A stretch of 64,000 nucleotides of DNA from a virus (lineage: Duplodnaviria; Caudoviricetes), in the IMG/VR virus record IMGVR_UViG_3300013368_000005, positions 64,001 to 128,000 of that record, one strand, 5' to 3'. How positions within the stretch are numbered: the first letter of the stretch is position 1; every line of letters starts with the position of its first letter. Positions 56,241 through 64,000 of this stretch are shown here, piece by piece. The notes under the pieces are model-generated. The model was not told the DNA's origin, did not search any database, and was given only the letters and a program-made list of their open reading frames with translations. The position numbers and the translations under genes are program-made.

Positions 56241-57182
56241 ATGAAAAAATTATTTAATAAGTTTGTAGATGACAGACTGAAAGAACAAAAAGAGGAAATA
56301 AAAAAAGAACCAACGAAAAAAGATATAATAATAGAATATTTTATATCACCTGCTATTTTTATAGTAATTTCTATTATTATTATTATATTAATAAACACAG
56401 GCTCTATGAAACAAATATTAGTTGGAACACAAAGTTTTATATTTCAAAATAGAACCGAATCAGTACAAGAAACAATGTTATCTGAAAACTCTGCAATAAC
56501 TAATAAGCAAATTGTAGAAGAAGCTGTAAACAATCCTAAATGGCAAACTACAATATCTATGCATGATTGGAATTTAAAATTAGTAACAAAAGTTACAGGA
56601 CAGATAGCTATAGATGATAAAATATCAAATATCGAAATACAATTTGATCAAAATAAACAAATGGCTATGTATTTAATAGATGGTAAAGGACAAATTGGAA
56701 TTGACAATTTTATGAAAACCATAGGTTCGGAAAAATTATTAGGATTATTAGTCAACACCTTGGGCAATGCTTCCGATACTAATGGGAAAAACGCATCTAC
56801 TCAACAAACGACTGTTAATACGACAATGCAAAATAATTCGCAGAAAATGTCCCCATCTAAAGATGATTTAATAAGTCTTGTATCTGATTCATATTTTTAT
56901 GATAATTGTTCAGGAACAATACAAGAAAATATGCAGGCTGTTTCTCAAGCCAGTTTAAACTGGGATGCAGGATCATTAGGCAATGGACAATATTATGTAT
57001 CTATAGTAGGAACCGTAATAGATGAGCCTAATAGTACTTGGCAAATAAATTTTTGTATAGATAATTACGAAAATGGTTCATTCTATGTAGATATGATGTT
57101 GGGGTATTCTAATGGTAGTTGTGTTTCACAAATTTCAGATATAAATGAATTGGAGAACATTATATCTAAATATGCTTGGTAA
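56241..57182 (+). CDS. membrane-anchored protein with extracytoplasmic domains
   Basis: Single TM (FISPAIFIVISIIIIILI); S/T/N/Q-rich linker; monocistronic. Confidence 0.75.
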   Translation: MKKLFNKFVDDRLKEQKEEIKKEPTKKDIIIEYFISPAIFIVISIIIIILINTGSMKQILVGTQSFIFQNRTESVQETMLSENSAITNKQIVEEAVNNPKWQTTISMHDWNLKLVTKVTGQIAIDDKISNIEIQFDQNKQMAMYLIDGKGQIGIDNFMKTIGSEKLLGLLVNTLGNASDTNGKNASTQQTTVNTTMQNNSQKMSPSKDDLISLVSDSYFYDNCSGTIQENMQAVSQASLNWDAGSLGNGQYYVSIVGTVIDEPNSTWQINFCIDNYENGSFYVDMMLGYSNGSCVSQISDINELENIISKYAW

Positions 57183-57238
57183 AAAAAGAAAAGGGTATTA
57201 GAAATATACCCTTTTTTCTTTTTTATAAATTTACATAT

Positions 57239-57260
57239 GATTATATATTATAAACATGAA
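57239..57260 (+). promoter_or_regulatory. putative early phage promoter
   Basis: GATTATATATTATA-AACA-TGAA. Confidence 0.65.
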
Positions 57261-57294
57261 TAATAATAAATATATAATCAAGGGGGATACAATA

Positions 57295-57642
57295 ATGGAA
57301 AATAAAATACTTAGACTACATTATACTGGAGATGTAGATAGAACTGTTAAGCCAGCAATGAGAAAATATTATTGTGATTTAACAGAAGAAATGAATGAGA
57401 TATTGGAAGATAAATGTTATATATCACAACCACCTAATGGTATCATTAAAGGGTTTGAGTTATATAGTATAAGAAATGATAAAGGAACTATATTAGACTT
57501 TATGACAGATAAAGATAAAACGATATCTACTATAAAAACACATTTTAAAGATTATATAGAAGTAGGATTTATTAAAAGAGATACAGCATTAAAACTAAAA
57601 CAAATAATATTAAAATACGTAGGTGCACAATTATCTCTATAA
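57295..57642 (+). CDS. hypothetical protein
   Basis: Start refined by AAGGGGG RBS. Confidence 0.7.
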   Translation: MENKILRLHYTGDVDRTVKPAMRKYYCDLTEEMNEILEDKCYISQPPNGIIKGFELYSIRNDKGTILDFMTDKDKTISTIKTHFKDYIEVGFIKRDTALKLKQIILKYVGAQLSL

Positions 57643-57645
57643 GAA

Positions 57646-57673
57646 AAAGAGTATGCAAAAATGCATACTCTTT
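57646..57673. terminator. bidirectional terminator
   Basis: AAAGAGTATGC-AAAAAT-GCATACTCTTT. Confidence 0.8.
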
Positions 57674-59018
57674 ATTTTTTGTCACTTAATTTTGAATTGT
57701 ATATATCATCGATTTCTTTATAATTATCCTGATGTATAACTTTCTCCCTAAGATCAAATTCATTAAATTTATTATATATATAAGTATCATAAACCTTTTG
57801 TATCATATATCTATCTTGTTTATTTATCTTTTTGTTTTTATTCCTAAATATAATGTCTTCTAATTCTTTTCTAGTTTCCTTTATTTTATCTTTTATATTT
57901 TTTTCCATTTTGGGATCTAAATTAGCTTTAGCTAATTCTTTTTCTAAATAAGTTAATTGATCGTTTATTCTTTGTGCCGTTGTAGGATGAGCATCTATAC
58001 CAGTTGCTATAATTTGAATAGGTAATAAAATTATATTGATCAAATGTAAAATAAAACTAGATTTTTCATACGCATATTTTTCTATCATATTGATTTCTGG
58101 ATAATTCAATTTTACTAATACACTGGACAAATCTGAACTATATCCAAACATAGTAACAAAATTATCAGATACTTTTTCATCATTATACAAAAATAAACTC
58201 CTAATTATATTCATTGGATTGTATGCCTTTATTAATTTAATTATATTTAAATATAAATTTTTAAATATAATTAATGGATCATTTAATACAATTTTTAAAC
58301 TCTTAAATAGAATTTTATATGCATTAATTAATAACTTCATTGATTCTACACTATCTGCAAATATAATTAATTTATTAGCTCGTTGTTTGATAGCGTTGTC
58401 TATTTTTATCATTATTTTCTGAGTAAAGTTAAAATCTGTTGTAATATTTGTAGCTATATTTGCAAATAATTTAGGTTCAAATAATATTGCTATCAATATA
58501 TTTTCAATGGTATCTACAACTATCATAGCTTTCTGTACCATTGAAAATATAGCATGATTATTATTTAGTGATGATGAAAAATTATGTCCTATCTCATGTA
58601 AAATTATTGCTAAAATTTCTCTATCATTTATTTTTTCATTAAATAATAATCCTGAAGTTATAAATACTAAACAACTATAATCAACTTCTTTATCATATTT
58701 TATCGATTGTTTATCTGCCTTAAGATTTTTCCTAGTGTTGTAAACATCTAATTTATACCCTAAAGGTATTGTAAATGCATTCATAGAGCCGTTGTATTCT
58801 ATTTGTAAAGAGAATGAACCGAATCCAAAGATTTCTTCCACAATTCTATTGAATTCTAATACTTCTGGCAATGTATTAGCTTTCTTTATTAAGAAATTAT
58901 CTGATCTTAAGACTGATGCTCTTAGTTCACTTAGAGCCTTTTGCAATTGTTTTATTTCTTTAGTTTCACCAAAATAAACTTCATTTATCGACTCTTTTTT
59001 AATACCGTATATTCCCAT
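57672..59018 (-). CDS. zinc metalloprotease, M48-like (HExxH)
   Basis: NAF, EILAIILHEIGH, DEKVSD, AHPTTAQRI; late motif at 59037-59048. Confidence 0.8.
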   Translation of the reverse strand: MGIYGIKKESINEVYFGETKEIKQLQKALSELRASVLRSDNFLIKKANTLPEVLEFNRIVEEIFGFGSFSLQIEYNGSMNAFTIPLGYKLDVYNTRKNLKADKQSIKYDKEVDYSCLVFITSGLLFNEKINDREILAIILHEIGHNFSSSLNNNHAIFSMVQKAMIVVDTIENILIAILFEPKLFANIATNITTDFNFTQKIMIKIDNAIKQRANKLIIFADSVESMKLLINAYKILFKSLKIVLNDPLIIFKNLYLNIIKLIKAYNPMNIIRSLFLYNDEKVSDNFVTMFGYSSDLSSVLVKLNYPEINMIEKYAYEKSSFILHLINIILLPIQIIATGIDAHPTTAQRINDQLTYLEKELAKANLDPKMEKNIKDKIKETRKELEDIIFRNKNKKINKQDRYMIQKVYDTYIYNKFNEFDLREKVIHQDNYKEIDDIYNSKLSDKK

Positions 59019-59081
59019 ATTTATCACTCCTCTCCATATTTATATGTTAAACATTACAATAATTATAAGGAGGTATGGAAA

Positions 59082-60257
59082 ATGAAGAATACAGATGCTT
59101 TGGTCAAAGAATTATATCCACTAGTGGCTAATAGTTTGGCTAAAAATACAAATAAACTTAAACAGTGTATTGCAAGATTTATAGAAAAAAGATCAAAAGA
59201 ACTATATGATACATGCCCTTGTGATCGTATATATTACGGGGTCGATGATAAACAAGATTTTTTTAAAACATTAGGTATACAAGAAAGTCAAGTAACAGAT
59301 ATTTTATCCAGAACGTATTATTGGGATATAGCTGCTTTTAACCCTAGAGCGGCTAAAGATGAACTTACTGTTACATTATTAATGGTTGTAAGATATTTTT
59401 ATCTTAAAAAAATGCAATCAGAATTAGAATTAAGTTCTATATATCTAGCTTTTTCTCCTAAATTTTATACATCTATTCATACTGGTCAATTTCCTAAATT
59501 TTCACCATCTGAATATAGACATATAATGGAATATGTGGTAAATAATCTATTAAACGAAAGATATGACTTAAAAAGTCAAGGAAGTGTATTTAAGGCTATA
59601 AAAAGCATATGTGTAACTTGGCTTAATACCTATGGAGATAAATTAAGAAATTCAGATGATGATGATGCTGTATATATGATTCAACAACTTCATAATAGAA
59701 TAAAATCATTTATGAAAAATATTGCAGAAGTGTATTATGAAGCATACAATAATAAAGAGTCATATTTAGTTTATGATAGTGATAATGTATCTGAAGATAA
59801 TTATCATATTGCAGATAACGATTCATTAAGGATAGAACGACATGTTGAAAAAACAATGTCATATATAAACAGCACTAGTGTAGATTATAGAATATGTAAA
59901 ATGGCTTCTGATAGTAACGTTAAAACAGATGAAGTTAAGGGTATAATAGAATTAATACTAAATGATAATACAAATGTTGTTTTAATTAAAGAATTAATAA
60001 GACTTATAATAACTGATTATTTTTCAGTAGATAAAATGAAAGATGTGCGAGATGTCAAATTTATATCATATTCTATAACACCAAAACCAAATTCAAAAAA
60101 TCCTATTATATTAAGACAAAAATCTATAATAGAGGCTTGGCTAAATGAAAACTCTCCAGCTTATAGAAAGAGAAAGTCTAGAGAAGCGACAAAATCAAGT
60201 TATCATAAATCTGTAACAACATATTTTGTATTGCTTATTCATGCAGCCAATAAATAA
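59082..60257 (+). CDS. hypothetical protein co-transcribed with the RNAP beta fragment
   Basis: Start refined to MKNTDAL (AAGGAGG RBS); late motif at 59050-59061. Confidence 0.75.
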   Translation: MKNTDALVKELYPLVANSLAKNTNKLKQCIARFIEKRSKELYDTCPCDRIYYGVDDKQDFFKTLGIQESQVTDILSRTYYWDIAAFNPRAAKDELTVTLLMVVRYFYLKKMQSELELSSIYLAFSPKFYTSIHTGQFPKFSPSEYRHIMEYVVNNLLNERYDLKSQGSVFKAIKSICVTWLNTYGDKLRNSDDDDAVYMIQQLHNRIKSFMKNIAEVYYEAYNNKESYLVYDSDNVSEDNYHIADNDSLRIERHVEKTMSYINSTSVDYRICKMASDSNVKTDEVKGIIELILNDNTNVVLIKELIRLIITDYFSVDKMKDVRDVKFISYSITPKPNSKNPIILRQKSIIEAWLNENSPAYRKRKSREATKSSYHKSVTTYFVLLIHAANK

Positions 60258-60269
60258 GGAGGAATCATT

Positions 60270-61001
60270 ATGGAAATAACGAAAAAACAGAGACAAGAAG
60301 TAGAAGCTATAGTATATGAAACAATGAATATACTTGATAAGTCAGGAACTAATACAGAATATTATAAAAATAAATTTGCAAGTATGGATGATAAACAATT
60401 TTTAAAATATGTATCATTAAAATTTCCATACAGATTCCATGTTAAACCCTTTGAAGTAGAACCTACAATGGAAGATGTTTCTAAAGCATGTGACTTTTTA
60501 AATGTACCTCTATTAGAAAAAATTAAATTACCATATCTTTATACAAATAAAGATGGTGTATCGGTAAATTCTAAAGAATGTTTAGTAGGATATACACATT
60601 TAAAGAAGGTACAACAATTTGTAACTAAGAAAAACTCAATGTCTACAGACATATCCACAAGGGATATGAAGACTGGACTATTAACAGGGTTTGATAAAAA
60701 TGGTAAATCATCAGATAGGGAAATAGAATCACTTGCAGTTTTAGGATTAGAAAACACACTAGAAGAATTTTCTAAATATAAGGCAGATTATATGGGTGGA
60801 AAGAATATTATGTATAATGAAATTAATACAACTGGACAGGTATATTTAAAAGATATGCCAGTAGACCCAGATGATTCATTATCTAAAAAATTAACGAATG
60901 TGTATCTTTTAGGTGCAGGTATAAATTCCAACTTATTAAATCAAGATTATTATCTTCTTCATACATTAAATAAGAAAAATAGACAGGTTACTAGGGTATA
61001 A
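60270..61001 (+). CDS. phage RNA polymerase beta subunit, C-terminal piece
   Basis: LVGYTHLKKVQQFVTKK...GKSSDREIESLAVLGLENTLEEF aligns with RpoB VGYMYMLKLxHLVDDK...[23 protein letters not shown]. Confidence 0.72.
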   Translation: MEITKKQRQEVEAIVYETMNILDKSGTNTEYYKNKFASMDDKQFLKYVSLKFPYRFHVKPFEVEPTMEDVSKACDFLNVPLLEKIKLPYLYTNKDGVSVNSKECLVGYTHLKKVQQFVTKKNSMSTDISTRDMKTGLLTGFDKNGKSSDREIESLAVLGLENTLEEFSKYKADYMGGKNIMYNEINTTGQVYLKDMPVDPDDSLSKKLTNVYLLGAGINSNLLNQDYYLLHTLNKKNRQVTRV

Positions 61002-61020
61002 ATTTTGTAAAAAATACTAT

Positions 61021-61082
61021 AATTATATATTATAATACTGTAATAACAAATTAAATATTATAATTATACTAACAGACAATTA
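61021..61082 (+). promoter_or_regulatory. early-type (61021-61042) and late-type (61071-61082) promoters of the lysin-tubulin operon
   Basis: AATTATATATTATA-ATAC-TGTA; AACA-GACAAT-TA. Confidence 0.65.
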
Positions 61083-61100
61083 AAAGGAGTTGATTAAATA

Positions 61101-61223
61101 ATGTCTGAAAAAAAAGAATATGGAGTGATAAATGAAATTGCATATTTAGGCAATGAATTTATACCAATGTCAGATGAAGATCAAAAGAAATTAAAGAAAC
61201 AAAAAGGAGATAAAGAGGAGTAA
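61101..61223 (+). CDS. 40-aa hypothetical protein (not in ORF track)
   Basis: AAAGGAG RBS; MSEKKEYGVINEIAYLGNEFIPMSDEDQKKLKKQKGDKEE*. Confidence 0.65.
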   Translation: MSEKKEYGVINEIAYLGNEFIPMSDEDQKKLKKQKGDKEE

Positions 61224-61270
61224 AATCCTCTTTATCATCTCAATAATTATCTTAAAGGGGGAAAATAATA

Positions 61271-62044
61271 ATGAAAAACTTAAATAAAAAATTATTATTA
61301 ATAGTGTCGATAATGATGGTATTATTCGGAGGATACATATACCATTATGAAACAAAACTAGCAACTCAAAGAGAAGGATATTTAAAAGAAATACAAGCTT
61401 TAGAAGTTAAAGCTGAATTAGCAGAAAATGATGCAGCTGCATATAAATTTTTATATGCTCAATCAGATAAAGATATAAATAAAGAACAAGAGAAGACACA
61501 AGCGGTTGTAGCTGAATTAAATTCACTTAAAGAAGAAATTGCTTATTCTAAAGAAATAGAATATCAAAGAGCATCTCGTGGTGCTATGGATATGACACCT
61601 TTAACAGAATATGCAATACTGTCAGTGCAAGAAATGAATGAATGGATTGCTAGTCAAGCACCATCAAATAGCCCATTCATAGGAGAGGGTGAAGCTTTCT
61701 TAATAGCATCACAAGAATCAGGATTGAGTCCAAAATATATATTAGCTCATGCAGCTTTAGAATCTGAATGGGGTAATTCAGAAATATGTAGACTAAAGAA
61801 TAATTTCTTTGGTATAAATGCCACAAATATAAACCCAACAGAAAACGCAAAAGAATTTGATTCGTTTACTAGTGGAATAGTAGAAGGAGCTAAATGGATA
61901 GCTAGAAATTATACTAATAAAGGACAAGATACATTACAGTCTATGATATTCGGTTCTAAGGCATATGCACAATATGACGATGGAAGTCCAAATGATTCAT
62001 GGATTGGTAAAGTTGAATCAATAATGTCACATATTAATAAATAA
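61271..62044 (+). CDS. GH73 glucosaminidase with N-terminal TM/signal and coiled coil
   Basis: ILAHAALESEWGNS...KNNFFGI...YA motifs; hydrophobic N-terminus; SRG linker. Confidence 0.88.
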   Translation: MKNLNKKLLLIVSIMMVLFGGYIYHYETKLATQREGYLKEIQALEVKAELAENDAAAYKFLYAQSDKDINKEQEKTQAVVAELNSLKEEIAYSKEIEYQRASRGAMDMTPLTEYAILSVQEMNEWIASQAPSNSPFIGEGEAFLIASQESGLSPKYILAHAALESEWGNSEICRLKNNFFGINATNINPTENAKEFDSFTSGIVEGAKWIARNYTNKGQDTLQSMIFGSKAYAQYDDGSPNDSWIGKVESIMSHINK

Positions 62045-62073
62045 TAAATATTAGATTTTAAGGAGGAAATAAA

Positions 62074-63279
62074 ATGAAAATTAAAATTATAGGAACAGGT
62101 GCATGTGGAAATAAAGCCACTATAGACGTGTTAAAAGAAGATGTTCTATCAAACGAAGATGTACTATTATTAAATAGCACTTTAAGAGACATACCAGAAC
62201 CTTATAGAAAAGAAGCAATACTGTTTGAAGATTCACCTGGAGGCTGTGGCAAAGAAACGGCAATAGGTGCCGAATTGGCTTATAATTCTCTTAAAGGAGA
62301 AATAGGAGAAAGAATAGAAAAATTGGTAGATGAAAGTACAGATCTTGTTGTCGTAACAGCTTCGTCAGGAGGAGGTACTGGAGCAGGAAGCTTACCTGAG
62401 ATAGCTGGATATTGCACACAAGTAATTGGAGTTCCCGTATTATGTTTTATATTTACAGGATTCGAAGATGATGGAAGAGAACTTCAAAATACTATTGAAT
62501 TATTCCAAAAATTAAATGAAAATTATACAATTCAGGCTATATCTAATAAGAAATTCTTATTAGGAACAAATAATAGATTAAAAGCAGAGAAACTTGCAAA
62601 TGATGAATTTGTTAGAAGAATAAGAATTCTTACTGGAATAGATATAGTAGATTCAGAAAGGAATATGGATGAATTTGATTTATTCAAATCATCTACTACA
62701 CCAGGCTTCATGACAATGGGGTATATTGATCTTCCAAAATTAAAAAATGAAGATCAATTTAACAAAGCTTTAATTTCAGTTATTGATAATGATAAATCAT
62801 TAGATACTGAAAAATCAGCAAAAAGATTGGGAGTGATAATAAATTTAAACGAGGAATCACAAGAATTTATAGATTATAGCTTTAGTGCTATAAAAGAAAG
62901 ACTTGGGCATCCTTATGAAATATTTACTCATATTCAATATGATTCTGAACAACCAGAATATGTATCATTTATAGCCTCAGGTATGAAAATGCCTATGGAT
63001 GAATTAAATGCTATATATAATAAATATAAACAAGAATCAAATAAAGTAAACAAAGGAAAAGATGATTTCTTCGAATATGCAGCCAAATTAAGAGGTAACG
63101 ATGAGGATGCTATCTTTGATAGTCCAATAAAAAGAGGAAGGAGGAATACAAGTAATAAAGACGATTTCTTTAGTTCTTTTTCAAAGAATAATAAAAAATC
63201 ACCTTCTGTAAAAGAAGATAAAGTATCAAATAATATTAATAATAACGTTACTACAAAATCAAAACTTAGTAAGTATTAG
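62074..63279 (+). CDS. tubulin/FtsZ-family GTPase (TubZ/PhuZ-like)
   Basis: IIGTGACGN, GGCGK, signature GGGTGAG, T7-loop-like NMDEFD; charged disordered C-terminal tail. Confidence 0.92.
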   Translation: MKIKIIGTGACGNKATIDVLKEDVLSNEDVLLLNSTLRDIPEPYRKEAILFEDSPGGCGKETAIGAELAYNSLKGEIGERIEKLVDESTDLVVVTASSGGGTGAGSLPEIAGYCTQVIGVPVLCFIFTGFEDDGRELQNTIELFQKLNENYTIQAISNKKFLLGTNNRLKAEKLANDEFVRRIRILTGIDIVDSERNMDEFDLFKSSTTPGFMTMGYIDLPKLKNEDQFNKALISVIDNDKSLDTEKSAKRLGVIINLNEESQEFIDYSFSAIKERLGHPYEIFTHIQYDSEQPEYVSFIASGMKMPMDELNAIYNKYKQESNKVNKGKDDFFEYAAKLRGNDEDAIFDSPIKRGRRNTSNKDDFFSSFSKNNKKSPSVKEDKVSNNINNNVTTKSKLSKY

Positions 63280-63292
63280 GAGGTAGTAAAAT

Positions 63293-64000
63293 ATGTTTGA
63301 AGAATTAGAGAGTAAATTACAACAAGAAAAACCATTACAACAAATACCAATAAATGGAGTTTTAGATTCTCCTTTATTCAATCCAGATGGATATAGAGAA
63401 AAACTAAAACACATAGATGAAATGACTGATAGAGAGTTATATAACTTGCTTAAAGATAATCATGTGACTATTCTAAGTGATTTATTTATGAATAATAATA
63501 TGATGTATTTATCATTAATCACAAATAGTAAGTTTCTAACTGCAATGATACAGGTCATGGGAAGTATACCTGATATATCTCACGATATAACCGTATTTTG
63601 TAATAAACTTGCATACGATTATTTAACATTAGCAGATGTAGAAAAAGACTCATATATAAAACAACTTTTATTTGCATTATCAAAAACGGTAAATAAAAGA
63701 GTTATACCTTCATTATTAGGTATAGGTATTCCAGAAGATTTAGCTTCATATTTAGCATTAGCTAGATATTCTTCTCAGAAAGAAATGGTTAATGTGAAAA
63801 GATTAAATTTAGTAATAATGAATTCATCACAAGAACTAATGACAGAACAAAGAATTGTGTGGATTTATGAAAAATTATTTAACAAAATCACAATGTTATT
63901 TGAAGCAACAATGTTTGATGTATATAAACAAGAAGAGTTAACTGAAAGTATGGATATAATATATTCAACTATCGGGTTAGCTGTAATAGATATATTAAAT
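63293..64000 (+). CDS. hypothetical protein (3'-truncated by window edge)
   Basis: AGGAGG RBS; ATG 63293; frame open to the window end (MFEELESKLQQEK...). Confidence 0.75.
   Translation, partial: MFEELESKLQQEKPLQQIPINGVLDSPLFNPDGYREKLKHIDEMTDRELYNLLKDNHVTILSDLFMNNNMMYLSLITNSKFLTAMIQVMGSIPDISHDITVFCNKLAYDYLTLADVEKDSYIKQLLFALSKTVNKRVIPSLLGIGIPEDLASYLALARYSSQKEMVNVKRLNLVIMNSSQELMTEQRIVWIYEKLFNKITMLFEATMFDVYKQEELTESMDIIYSTIGLAVIDILN

Noticed and set aside
39409-57673. Identical AGAGTATGC/GCATACTCT stems at 39409 and 57646 as mobile-element ends
   Set aside because: Each is a self-contained hairpin between convergent genes (bidirectional terminator); no transposase or target duplication
1-64000. 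tRNA/rRNA genes, group I introns or inteins in RNAP/gyrase/helicase genes, and chimallin
   Set aside because: None recognised by eye: the catalytic genes are uninterrupted and no GC-rich structured RNA blocks were seen. tRNAscan/Infernal/HMM searches would be needed to exclude them formally

Overview
This is a very AT-rich (roughly 75-80% by eye) 64-kb segment of a jumbo myophage genome of the phiKZ/AR9-like type, probably infecting a clostridial Firmicute. It encodes split multisubunit RNA polymerase subunits (beta' N/catalytic part 7635-9197; beta C-terminal piece 60270-61001), GyrB/GyrA-type topoisomerase, DnaB- and Dda/RecD-like helicases, Mre11/SbcD-like, PD-(D/E)XK and DHH enzymes, a tubulin/FtsZ-family (TubZ/PhuZ-like) protein, a GH73 glucosaminidase, a putative holin, baseplate genes and a minus-strand tail-fibre/virion module (about 17-34.5 kb). 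Two phage promoter classes are visible directly: AATTATATATTATA-N4-TG(T/A)A (11 copies, early-type) and AACA-N6-TA (22 copies just upstream of genes, matching the AR9 late consensus). The standout is a RiPP-like system inside the tail-fibre module: three radical SAM genes (two with SPASM domains) and two different Cys-repeat proteins (CxCVxRT x12; a CXXX array fused to a tail-protein-type domain), each cassette linked to a tail-fibre paralog. This suggests radical-SAM modification of virion fibre components (inference). Also notable are a 60-aa gene resembling the EF-Tu N-terminus with a dead P-loop, and a Zn-ribbon protein with a prion-like Q/G/Y/P tail. No tRNA, rRNA, CRISPR array or IS element was recognised. 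Family assignments come from motif recognition by eye, not database searches.
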